Shown here piece by piece: positions 48,745-60,602 of a stretch of DNA of 64,000 bases. Below the pieces are notes generated by a model. The model had not been told where the DNA came from, did not search any database, and worked only from the letters and a program-made list of their open reading frames with translations. The stretch's first letter is position 1, and each line of letters begins with the position of its first letter. The DNA is from Lama glama (taxonomy: Eukaryota): positions 25,544,001 through 25,608,000 of the forward strand of contig CM052850.1 of NCBI GenBank assembly GCA_028534125.1, given 5' to 3'. The translations under genes and the position numbers were made by a program.

Positions 48745-50327
48745 GTGAGTCTGGGCCCCCGGCTCCTGCACCTGCACCTGGTCTCACGAGGTGGACACCA
48801 CCTGACTCGCTGCCGGGCGCAGGCTCCAGGCCGCATCTGCCCTCCGCAGCTGCCTCCCTTGCTGCCCTGAGGCCCCGACCCTGGCTGTGGGGAGTCCTGC
48901 TCCCCTGAACTGCCCTGTGATCACCCCGCCCCCCTGCTCCCTGACTGAGATGCGGGCCTGTGCCCCCAGCACGTTCCCGCCCCTGGGGTGGGAGGAGCAC
49001 CGGGCGGCCCGGCCCGGGAACTGCGGCCTCACCCCCCAGCCTCGCTTCTCGGCACCAGCTGGGACCAGTGCCCGTCGTGTGGGAGGCTGGGGCTCTGCGG
49101 AACTGGCACGTGCAGGTCCTGGGAGCTTCTGGGGCAGCTCTGTGGCTCTGTCCCGGCCGCCTGCAGTCCTCACTGACATTACTGCCCGTGGGGACGCACA
49201 CAGGGTCCTCCCCGGCCCATGCACTGCCAGGTGTGCGAATCCTCCCGGCCGTGCCGTGTGGGGAGCGGTGTGGGCGGGCCTCGTGCCTGCCCGCCTGGGG
49301 CTGTGGTTCATGGGTCTCAGGTGTCCCCAGGTGGGCAGCTCAGGGGCAGGTAAGGAGTCGGTGGAGAGCCCTCTGGGGAAGCGCTGGACCCCTTACAAGG
49401 CCAGGCAGTGGGAGGCCACTGGAGGGGCACACGTCCAACCAGAGCGCTTAACTCGCTGGGGGCCACTTGAAAGGAGGAAAATTGATATGGCAGGAAAAGA
49501 AGTCAGTATGCACCCACTTTTATACTGCTGCTGCTAAAAAATCTTGAGTACTTCTTGAATTTCAAGTTTTTAGTATCAACTTCGCTTTCCTTTTCAGTTT
49601 TCATAGTTGAGTCCCTCCTCTGTGTAAGCCAGTGTCCTTGCTTCCTGCAGGAACTGAGTGCAGTGAATTAGAAGAAATTGCTGATAGTACAGTGATCACT
49701 TTGGAAAGACAGTTACTATACACAGTTAGCCTTCTTATCACAGGAAGACCTTACCTTGTTCGTTTAAAAACTAGGTAATTATTGTGTCAAAATGAGGATA
49801 TCTATAAAGAGACAGTTAGCAGAGCCTACCAGACTTAAAACAACAGTTATTCTTTTTTAAACAAATAAAAATGAGTTTCCAGCTGGTGGGATCCCAGTAG
49901 GCCCTTGGCCTGGCTGACTGCAGTGTGCTGACACCGGGGTTTGGCACCCTGTTGTGTGCCAGGTGTCCCCGCCAGGGAAGCTGGCCAGTGGGGCTCCGGG
50001 CCTCTCTGGGCTGCTTTTGATTCTTTTTGTGAGTCTAACATTGTTTTAAAAGGAAAAAAGTGAAGTTTTCATTTGAGGTCAAGGTGGAGGGGTGGGTACA
50101 GTGTTTTTTCTTTTTAAAATTGACTTGTTTTGTGTGCTTTTACAAGAAGAGCAGTGCCCGTGAACTCGGCTGCAGTGTTTAGTTCTGGGATCTTGATCAC
50201 TAGAGGAGCCTCAGTCTTTGCAAAATGGACATCAGTGGTTCCACTGGTTTTCACAGCTGGTGTGGGAACATTCATTTTGTCTTGAAGTCATAGTCCTTGA
50301 TCACTCCTTTTCTCTTCCACCTCGTAG

Positions 50328-50366
50328 GGCAACCTGCAGATCCACCACGTGGGACAGGATGGGCAG
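50328..50366 (+). CDS. BANP: BANP coding exon 10 (GNLQIHHVGQDGQ)
   Basis: Acceptor tcttccacctcgtag|GGC, donor CAG|GTAGGT; 39 nt, phase 0/0. Confidence 0.94.
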
Positions 50367-53300
50367 GTAGGTGCTCACCAGGGCCCCGAGGCCTGGCGTC
50401 ACCGTGGGGAGGGAGCGGGACTGGGAGGTGGTGCAGCGTCCGCCCCGGGAAGCACCGCTTTTCTCCCGGGGCCTCAGGGGCCCTGGAGGACCGGGCGCCG
50501 ACGGCAGGGCTCCGGGCTGCTGTGCAGCCGCCGTGTGCTAGGGTGAGGTAGGTCTTGTTCGCATACGTCGTCGCTGTCACACTGCAACCACTGCCCTCTC
50601 TTCTGGTCTGATCAAAAAGAGTAATGGAAACCCTTGCGGAGCTCGCCTGTGGGGATCGTCTGCAAAGTGACGCCCTGACCGAGGCATTCTCGGGAGTGAT
50701 CTGCTTTCTCAGATGGAGTGAACCTGCTGATGACCTCGAGGATTTATGTTTTCGTGTCCTCTTGAAGGGTTTCTGTTAAAGAGATGTTTGTAACCTCTGA
50801 GTAATTAGGGAAGAGATGCTGGAGGGTCTTCCTTTTTGGTAAAGCTAACTTATGAACCATAAACATGGTGCTCACTTACTCTCAGGACACTAGCACTCCT
50901 CGCTCGCAGAACTGGTGTGCGCCCCGCGTCCTCGACGAGGGCCTGTCTGCCTCGAGCGGGCTGTGTCCCTGGGCGCGGAGCTGAAGCACGGCCGCGCCCC
51001 GTATCTCCTCCTGAGCCCTCGGAGCGCCTTGGGGCCAGCGCGACCTTCGCTTAAGTTGGAGTTCCTTAGTTTGAAAGTTTTGTCTGCGTACACATGAGGT
51101 CTTAATCAGAGTCCTGAAGCAGGATTAATACCTAAGTAGAACGTAGCTGCCTCGGAAAGGAGCCAGACAGCCAAAGAAATGCATCGTGTAGAAAGACGCA
51201 CCCTGCTTTCTCTCGCTGGGCCACCTCAGTGGGAAGGTGTTGCTGGAGGCCGTCTCTCTTGCAGGTTTTCTGTCGCCGGGCAGGAGGGCAGGGCCGTGTC
51301 TGCCGTTCATCTCTGTTTCTGACGGTTTGCTGGTTTGTGTTTCTGCTGGGAGTGAGGTGTTACCCTCAGTGTCAGATGTCGCTGGACTTTTGATTCAGGA
51401 GGAAAGGACGTGTGTTACTTTGATTTTCCCTTTGTTTCTGTTGCTGGAGAAAAATTCCACTTGGGATTTTTGAAATATAATCGGGTCTGTATATTACATT
51501 AGTTTTGTGTTCTGTGTCTGATCACAGGCACCTCATCCCAGAGAAGCCGGCCCTCGTGGGCTGGTGAGGCAGGAGCGCGAGCTCCAGCCCCCAGTGCCAG
51601 CTCAGCAGGGACCCCGGAAGCCCCCAGACCAGAGCCTGCTCCGTGCTCCCCTCCCCTCCCCCCCACGACAGCCCCCGGGCCTGTTCCCCCTAACCCGCGC
51701 CTGCCCTGGCCTCACCCCCCGCGCTCCCGCCCCTTTCTCAGCGGCCTCAGCGCAGAATATGTGCGTCTCCCCTCTGGGCGCCTTCTGTCCCGCGAGTGGG
51801 AACTCACTGACCACTGGCTGATTTTGGCTGTAGGATCTCACGCTGCCCCCCTGCCACCGCCGGGTCCCCGCTGCCGGCCCCTGGGGGCTCCTGTCAGAGA
51901 CGGGGCTCAGGTGAAGGCGGACTCGCAGGGAGGTTCCATCCCTAGAGGAAACTCTGCTTTCAGATTGAAAGCAGCAGTATGTCTTCCGAGGAAACTGCTT
52001 TCTCCTGGTAAATCTGTTTAGGTCATCTTTTCTTATTTCCCATTTGTGGAAGTTCTTCTCTCTCCTTTTGCCTGTGCTAGTTCCTGTTAAGTAAGCCTGC
52101 TCATAACAGCTTCATTTTCTAAGTTGACCCAATGTTTGCAAGACAGAATGATGTTGCACCAGACACAGGACCCCCAGTGGCCTCGATGTCCCTGCGGAGC
52201 AGACGGAGAGCATCGCGGGGCTGGAACGGGAGCCTCCCACCCCTGTCTCTCTTGGGCCTATGAGAGGATGTGCCCAAAGGCTCCCACCCCTCTGGCCAGA
52301 CGTGACCTCGGTCTTCCTGGCAGGCAGGTTGCAGTGCAGGTGGGGGGAGAGGTGCCCACGGCCTCCTCGACTCTGGGGCAGAGGGGCCCCTGAGTTAGCG
52401 AGGCCTGCGGAGAAGCTGGGGTGTCACTGCCCTCTGAATTCAGCCCCCCACCCGCTATCTCATCAGCTTCGTGTTGATTCCCGGTGTGCAGGGTTCAGCG
52501 TTACTAAGGATGGTCACACGGCTATGCCACTGTCTCCTGGCCCAGTGTCTCTGTGAGCAAACGGGCTGGTGTGGGGTGGGGTGCCTCCACAGGTAGTTCA
52601 GGGGCTTGTGGAGTCTGAATGGAGAACGGGCCTTCAGGAGGAAATCTGGTCAGCAGCAGGGAAACCTGGGACTCCCAGCAGAGGTGGCCCGTCCCAATCG
52701 GGAATCGCAGAATGAGAGCAGGACGTTCAGACGGGGGTGTGTAAGCGTGCCAGGTGTGTAAGGTGCGTTCTTGTCCGAGTGGTGTTCAGTGTGGTGCAGG
52801 CTTTAATTTGGCATGCGTTCCCAGAAGTGTCTGAAGAATGAAGACAGAAGGCCCTCCAATATTGAGAGCCATGGGATCGCATTCTGCAGGGATGGAGGAG
52901 CTGACTTGGGGTGCGTTTCAAGTGAGAAGTGATGGCCTTTCCTGTGAGGCCACGGGGACTCTCCCATGGGTGATGTGGCTCTCAGGCGGGAGGCCCCTGG
53001 GGTGTGGCCGCCCTGCCCACTGCCTGGGCCTCTGCTCTGGGCATCACCCTGCTCCTTGCCGTAGGGCTGTGGACCGGGGTCACCTGGCCCTGAGCTGCCC
53101 CACGTGCGATCAGTGTGCGGGGCAGATGCCACCCGGCCGGCAGGCATGAGGCTACTATGTGTGTGGCTGGATGGCGGCCGTGTCCGCGGGGAGAAGACCA
53201 GGTCCCTCCCCACTCGGGGACGTGGGCCACAGCCACGCACGGAGCCGGCAGGGACTCAGCGTCCCTTTCTGGAGCCAGGCGTGCGCTCACTCCCACGTCC

Positions 53301-54457
53301 TGGCCCCTCCTGTGGTGTTTCCTTTGAGGACATGAGATGCGTTCAGGGACCAGGTGAGGTTATTCCTGTCTCCACACGGGGACAGTGGGCGCCAGCTCTT
53401 CTGGGCTCGTGTGGGGATGTCAAGTCCACATGGACGCAGACCCCGACTCTTACTGACTCCTGAAGCCCTAGGACCGCGTCCTTACTGCTGATGTCACCCA
53501 CAGGGCTGCGCAGCCACTGTCACCTCCACTCTCTTCACCGCCACTGCCGCCATCACCACCGAGGGATCAGGTTTTGGTCTTCGGGAGCCAAGCTCCACCC
53601 CGTGCTCTGCCGTTCTCTGTGGAGACTGCGGTGGCGTGCCCCTCTGCCCAGCTCTCAGGAGGCTTTGCCGGGGGGAAGGTAGCCAGCTGGGAGGTGGGTG
53701 AGGAGAGCAGGGCCGGGTCTGTGGGCTGGCGTGGAGCCGGGGGTGCCCAGGCCCTGCCGAGCGGGCGTGGTGAGGGGTCAGGCTCGCCGGGCACCTCTCT
53801 GTCACAAGGCAGTGTCATATCTGTTGGGACTTTCAAACCTGGGTCAGCTTTTTCTTCTGTATTTGGGAGGTTTGCAGCCACGTGGGAAACCTTTAAAGAC
53901 TGGAGCTTTGGTTGTGCTATTTGTTCTGTAGGTCTGGAAACTGCTTAGTACTGTTTCAACTAGACGAGCATTCTGGTAGATTTTTATTTTTATTTCTTTA
54001 CAGCTGTAGCTAATGTTATCTAAGATGTGTCTGGCAAATGGCAGGACACTCGGAACCCTGGGAGGTGTGTGTTATGGTAAAGCTCGTCTCTGTGATGACG
54101 AGTGTACCGGGTGCGCACACTCGCGCATGCATGCACGCACACACACGCTTCACGGGTATTCAACAGAGGCAGCCTGGCGAGGCGTCCAGGTCACTGTCCT
54201 CTTGCACTTGAGATAACTTCCCTGAGGCTGTCGGCATGTGACTGAGCAGCTGTGGCACTCCTGAGACTTCTGAACCTCTCTCCACTTCTTTGGCAGTTGT
54301 GTCTTTCCTTCGACTTTGCTTAAAAGTAAATTTCAGTAGCTTACAGAATTTTTTCCATAAAATGAGGCTTATAAACCCAGCTGGAAAAAAGATTAGAAGA
54401 GGTGGGGAGTACCCAACATTTTATGTGCAGGACTGTTTTGGAGAGGATGAGAAGAAG

Positions 54458-54562
54458 AGTGTGCGTGGTATGTGTACGTGATGTGTGCGTGGTGTGTGTA
54501 CGTGTGGTGTGTGTGCGCGTGCGTGTGTGTGGTGTCCATGGTGTGCACGTGTGGGTGGTGTG
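54458..54562 (+). repeat. Degenerate (GT)n/(GTGC)n simple repeat
   Basis: Direct read: gtgtgcgtggtatgtgtacgtgatgtgtgcgtggtgtgtgtacgtgtggtgtgtgtgcgcgtgcgtgtgtgt. Confidence 0.85.
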
Positions 54563-57500
54563 TAGGGCGCCTTTATCGGTAGCAGTGGAGCGGTCTCTGC
54601 TGCTCCCAGGGGCCCCAGTCCACTTTGGATGGTGTGTCCACACCCAGAGAGCAATCTCAGCCTTGTGTCACTAAAATTCTCATAAAAATGTTCCCTTCAA
54701 GAAAATATGTTCCCACGTCACACGCCGGAACACAGACGTCTTGGAGAACCTAGGTAGCTCAGGGGGTTAATCCCTTGTGGGAAAGCCTTCTCTACCAGAA
54801 ATGGTGGAAAATATTTAAGCCATGAAAGCTCAGCTGTGGGGTAAGTTTGGTGTTGGCTAGTTCCACACAATAGCCTAGGAAAGTCACACAAGCCACCGTG
54901 GGTCCCCTGCTACCTGGCGGAGGCGGCTGAGCTTGGGGCCCGGCGTCCCTGCCGCTGACTCTGGGCCCCGCAGGGCCGGCCTTGGGCCCGTGGGCGCGAG
55001 GAAGGCAGATGCAGGTGTGGTGGGTGAGAACCAGCTGGCGACCCTGGCGTGCTCCTCCAGGCCTGTCCTTTGTCCCTGGAGCTGGGACGGACGAGACTGT
55101 TTCCGGTGGGGCAAGGCCAGGAGAAGGTTGGGCAGAGGTTCGGGCCGGGGAAGATGGGGTTTTCAGAAGCTGGGCGATGTGGCGGCCCCTGCGGGCACGT
55201 TTCCAGGGTTTTAAGTTGCTGGAATGACGAGGGCTTTGAAGGCTCGTATTAGCTGAGGCTGAAGCACTCTTACAATCAAACCCAAAGACTCTTCCCCGTG
55301 TTGGGATGCGTTCCGTGGCCCTGAGCCCCTTGACTCCAGACAGTCAAGGAGGAGTGACAGAGAATCATTTTTAAAATTCCAGAATCGTTTTTAATCAATT
55401 TCATCATTTTCAAATACATGTTTACAAGGTTAAATTAAAAAGCTTTAATACTATTAGATCTAAATTTGGCTGCTTTCTGGCCTCGCGGCACCTGGTGGAG
55501 TACCAGCGCGCGGTGCTCAGCGCCTGCTTGTCGACGAGGGGATGCGATGGTGAGTGCCCCAAGTTAGCACTTAGTCAGTTGTCAGCACACGGGTTAATTG
55601 GGGGCATTCTGAAACAGTCTTTTACCTCTAAGCCTTTTAAAATGTAGCATATGATCGCTGGTAACTTTAATCGTGAGTAATAACCTGGAAGTGTAGGCGA
55701 CTTGCATGAAGCTCACAGCCCGAGAAGCTGAAAGGGTGACACTTCTGGCTAATCACAGGTTTCCTTTTGGTGAGGTCCAAGCCGTAGAACTTATTCTGCA
55801 TGAGGAAGGTTTAGTGGTTTCTCTGGGTTTTCCCAAAGCTTTTCCTCACTGTCTGTTTTCTGAGATGGGCCTGTGTGCAGAGGGGCAGCTGCCCCGCGAG
55901 CGGTCGGGGCGGGGACCCCGTCTGGTGCTCGGACAGTGTCCCTGGCGTTGGGGCGACAGCGCACAGCAACTCAGGGCTCTTTACACCCAAGAATCCAGGA
56001 GCCGTCTGAGCAGCTGCTGTCTGCTGAAAGGAGAGCCCCCACTCCTGCTCCAGGAACTTGCTTTCCGAGTTTCTGACTGCGGAGGAGGGTGGGTGGTAGG
56101 TGAGCCCTCCGATGGGGCTGCCCCTTGAAGGCTGGCCGTGTTTCCAGTGGTTCGCTTGTCTGTAGTCACAGAGCGGAGCTGGAAGAGACCCACGGGGACG
56201 AGGCAGTTCCCTCCTGTCCTGCCCAGGCCCCAGCTTTCCCAGCAAACTGTAGGAGCCCAGAAGGCTGTGGTCGGACTGCACTCCGGGGGCTCGTTCCAGA
56301 GGGGAGGTGTCTGAGTTCAGACGGGAGTCCGGGCCGGGAGGGAGTCTGGGCCGGGAGGGGGCCGTAGTTTGCACTGAGCTGGCCCCTGGGCTGCAGGGCT
56401 GCAGGGCCAGGGCTTCCAGGAGGACGTAGTTGGCAGCACTGGACGGGGAGGGCAGGGCTGTCCAGTCCAGGGGTGGGAGGCGCAAGCAGTGGGGCTGTAG
56501 GCTCTGAGCTGGGTTCTGATGGACAAGGGGGCCGGCGAGCCCTCCAGCCGCTCGGCCAGGGTTACTGTGGAAGAAGACGTTCAAGCTCAGGATCACATCC
56601 CATTTGTTCTTTCTCCCTTTGAGAGTGAACCTGGGAGTGACTCTGAACTTGATTGTGTGTTTACAGGGCAGGACGCACTTGCACGGCAGCCTGGTTGTCG
56701 TGTTCACACGAGAGCTCTCTCGGTTGCATCCCCTCTGTGTTCCCTCACCCACTGGCTGTGGCGGGTTTGGACGGCGGGTGCCGTGGGGGCAGGAGCCCTG
56801 AGCTCGGGGTCCTCACGTCCCGCCCGGAGGCTCCTTCTCCCAGGGAGCACCTGCAGGACGTGACCCCGGGGCAGGTGGCCCCAGGGGTGCACATTCAGGG
56901 TCCTGCAGGACTCGCGTGGCCTCTGCGGGTGCACTTGCGCCGGGGCCCTCGGTTTGCCCGTCACTGTCCTCACTCAGGCTTGTGGGTGAGGGTCTGAGGA
57001 CAGTGCCCCCACCGTGCGGGCAGTTGGTTGACATTGGCATCTCCCAGAGGACACAGATGTGAATGGAGCAGGCCTGATGAAAGCTTCCTACGGAGTTGAA
57101 CCCGGTAGGAAAATTGTGTCACGTCTTCCTGGAAGTTCTTTCTTTTGTCCCATCCCAGTGAGCACGGCTGTAATTTCCCTGGTTCTGTGCCAAGGGTTTT
57201 CCGAATTAAAGAGAGAATGATGGGGCAGTGTGCATCGTCCGGGGATGGTGTGGGAGCCTTCGCTGTCCTCCTCCTGCCGCCGGCCGCGTGTATCCCCTGG
57301 CCGGACGGCAGTGCAGTGAGGGGATGGCCCACCTACAGGTGTGATGAAAACCTTTCTGTTCTTCCTGCTCTGGATCCCCCATGCCCTGCCCACCCCACCT
57401 GCCCTTCTAGAAGCCAGAGGCCCGGACCCACGGGACAGCGCAGGGCCCTGGATTTGACTTGGGCTGTGTTAGTCAGCTTCGCCCCTCCTCTCCCCTCCCA

Positions 57501-60458
57501 GGGACGGGAAGGTCTTGAGACACATGGTTAAGATTTGCTCCCAGGAGCGCCGCCCTCTGGAACGCCGGGCTGGACGCCACGCACCTCCAGACTTCCGGTT
57601 TTGCCTTGTGTTTTAGGCTTTGTTTTGCCTTCTCTCCGATTGGGTTTGAGGTTCACGCCCGGTGCTGGGAGGCGCCCCAGAGCGCGCGGCAGCAGCAACT
57701 CTCCCTGCCGCCTGCCCGCGGCGGCTGCACAGGCCAGGCCGCAGTGCCTGGGGCACCTCCCGTGGCTCTGAGCTGTAAATCTGTCTCCCTCCTCCTGTCG
57801 GGGTGCGCAGGCTGGCCGGCCGGGCTGTGGGGTGCTTCTGTGAAATGCCGCGTCAGTTGCTGGAGCCCTGAGGCCTGTGACAGGTGTCCAAGCTGGGCCT
57901 CGCCTGTCGGGCTCGAGGATCACCCCGGGGGCTCTGTTCTGTTCTGCTCCTCGCTCGCCTGTGGGTTTCTGGCCAGTTGTGCTTGTGGCTGACCGGCTGC
58001 TCGTGGGCAGAACTCAAAGCTGGATCCGGGAAAGTGAATTACTTTGCATGGTTGGGTTTAGAGGCTTAAGCACGATTGTTTGTTTCTGGCATTTGCTGTA
58101 CAAACGTATGAAAAAGATTCCAGGCCACTGTTTGGGGGCATCTTCCTCTCAACTCCTCTTCCTTCTGCCGCAGGGAGTTAGCATCCAGGTCTGGGAACGT
58201 CCCCTGGCTGAGTTGACTGCATTGCCTTAACCCGCCGGGTTCAGACAGAAGAGCAGAAACGGGTCAGAGACTTTGGCTTCTGCAGGAAGCCTCGAGATGA
58301 GCGGTCTCGTCCTGTGAGAGCACGAGGGGAGGAGGGGTTGTTGATTTTTTCAAGTTCGTGTGTGTGTTTGTCTGGGTGGATTCTTGGTTGGATCCAGAAT
58401 TTTGTGTCTAAATGTGACTGAAAAGTCCTCGGGCTCCTTGCATTTATTTTAGGTTTTGCACCAGGTTTGCATTATCTCAGTTGGGTTTTTAACAGAGTTT
58501 CAAAATTGGCAGAACGTGGAGGAAAAGCAGACGTGGGCATGCCAGAAAAACCAGTGCTTTGAGACCCAGGGCTCCCTTCGTCTGCTGCTTCGCGTTTGTA
58601 GCCTCAGCCGTTCCCCCAGCGGAGGTGATGGGCTCTGTTCAGACAAGTACAGGGGCAGCGCGGCCGCGCCAGCACCTCCCCAGTGAGGGCTGCCCTGCGG
58701 GGCTCCCACACCACGTTGAGCCCGGGTAGCATAGCGGGAAGCCTGGAGGTGCTGCTTCTGGCCACCATCCTGGGCGCTCATGCGTTCCAGTTAGAGCGCC
58801 TGTTTGGAAGAGCTGGGAACACGCAGTGAGCAGGAAGGAGGCAGGAGCTGCGTCCTCACTGCGAGCTGCGGGCTAGTCCAGGTGAGCTGTCCCGCCCGTC
58901 CTGCAGGAGACCCTGGTGGTCTTACAGCTGCCCCGTCATCCTGCCGGGGCGAGGGTCATCCTGCTGGAGCGAGGATCGCCCGGGTGGGTGCGCGGTGGGT
59001 CTGTCACCTCGGGTGCCACACTGATCCAGGAGACAGAGCGCGTGGCCTCCCCTTGGCTTATTGACAGTGGGAGGCCGGGTCCCGGTCAGCACCTTCCGTC
59101 TCACCACCCGTGTGTCAGTTCAGCCCAAGGCCTGCGGGCGGGCACGAGGGCAGGGCAGCCTGAGAGTCGGCTGCCAGGTCCCGGGCCCACTGCCTGCCTT
59201 CTGCCTTCCCTGCCCAGTCTCCTAGCAGCCGTCGGGCCACGTTGCTGCCTGACACAAGCTCTCACCTGATGCACGGGCCCTGAGAACACGCCGCTCCTGA
59301 TGTGGTTAAGAACTTCCTGCCATCTTTTATTCTGAAAATTGAATTTACATTTTTTTCCACTTTTGCTCATCACAAACTGGATGCTGCCTCAAACCACAGA
59401 CTTTATCCAGACTGCCACGGCGTGTGCCCCGCCCGCCCTCCCGGGAGTGGGCAGCCCCCCCTGTCTGCAAGCGTCTACCCTCTTCCTCAGCTCTGACCAC
59501 CATAGTAGGAGGCCGGCTTCCGGCAGGCGACCCTGGGAGGTGGGCCCGTGGGCGTGTAATCTGAGGCGGTCTAGGTACAAAGCCCCCATCCCACGAATGC
59601 AGAGCTTGGACCCCCGGCCCCTTCTGCCTGTGGGGCATCAAGGCGCCTGCCCGCCTGCCCAGTGCTGCAGCACCAGGTGGGCCGAGCGGGTGTGGGCTTG
59701 GGCGGGGGTGCTCATGAGTGTTGGGGTCACCCAGAGCTTGTCCCAGGGACCTCATCTGTCCGCCTCCTCCGGGCACAGCCCAGGCAGGGTCCCTGGTGCA
59801 CGGGACAGGGGTCCGTGGTCTGTCTCCTTGGAGGTCTGTGGGATCCTCCCGCCGGGATCGCGGCCTCACCCTCCAGTCCGTGGCCCCTCCGCCCAGAGCC
59901 CTTAGCCCCCTGGAGCCTGGGAGCTGGTGGTGCGCGGATCTGCTGGGCTCCTCCCGCTCAGCACTGGTCCCCTCCGGGGGCTGCCGCTTCTCCCCGACTC
60001 TCAATTGCTGCGGGCGCCCTGCTCCCCGGAGGGCTGGGTGAAGGCGTCTTGCCCTCAGGTGGAGGACACGCGCCGTCTCCCCGTCCTCCCAGCCGCCCTC
60101 GGGGTCTCCTTCCCACGAGCCTGAGACGGCATTGATCCCGGGAGGGTCTTCCCGTACTGTGCTTGCCGGTCAGTCTGAGACCTGCCCTCGGCCTGGTCCC
60201 TGTGTTCACTTTTTGGAAACTCGAGCTGATTGGGTTTCTCTCCCCTGAGGCTTAACAGCTGTTCCTTCTGCCCAGCTTGTGGCCATTGGAGGGAGGTGAC
60301 TTGCAAAGTGGAACAGCCCCCCCACTGTACTCACACATGCTCCTGTGCACCTCTCACCACACTCGCCAGGAAGACGCTTCTCCCTGGGGTTGGGGCGGGC
60401 GGTGCTGGCCTCTGCCCGGAGCTGTCTGCGCTGACGGTGGTCTGCTTTGTGTGTGCAG

Positions 60459-60602
60459 GTGCTGCAGGGGGCCCAGCTGATCGCCGTGGCTTCTTCGGAC
60501 CCTGCTGCCACAGGCGTGGACGGCTCTCCCCTCCAGGGCAGTGACATCCAGGTCCAGTACGTCCAGCTGGCGCCGGTGACTGACCACACCACGGCGGCTC
60601 AG
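60459..60602 (+). CDS. BANP: BANP coding exon 11 (VLQGAQLIAVASSDPAATGVDGSPLQGSDIQVQYVQLAPVTDHTTAAQ)
   Basis: Acceptor ttgtgtgtgcag|GTG, donor CAG|GTGGGT; 144 nt, phase 0/0. Confidence 0.96.

Noticed and set aside
50722-50806. Possible C/D box snoRNA (TGATGA ... CTGA about 70 nt apart)
   Set aside because: C box lacks the purine, terminal stem is poor, no clear C'/D' boxes or rRNA guide, and it is far from the 3' splice site.
56323-56356. Two-copy 17-nt direct repeat gggagtcYgggccggga
   Set aside because: Ordinary local slippage duplication with no array or spacer structure.
55811-56752. Longest listed ORF (313 aa, minus strand), plus other 200-290 aa ORFs such as 22165-22911, 37144-37944 and 47061-47783
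   Set aside because: They are P/G/R/A/S-rich translations with no recognisable domain, often from non-ATG starts; expected by chance in stop-poor GC-rich intron.
60459-60468. Second in-frame CAG 9 nt into exon 11 (would drop VLQ)
   Set aside because: CAG codons are abundant in this Q-rich region and nothing else supports its use as an acceptor.
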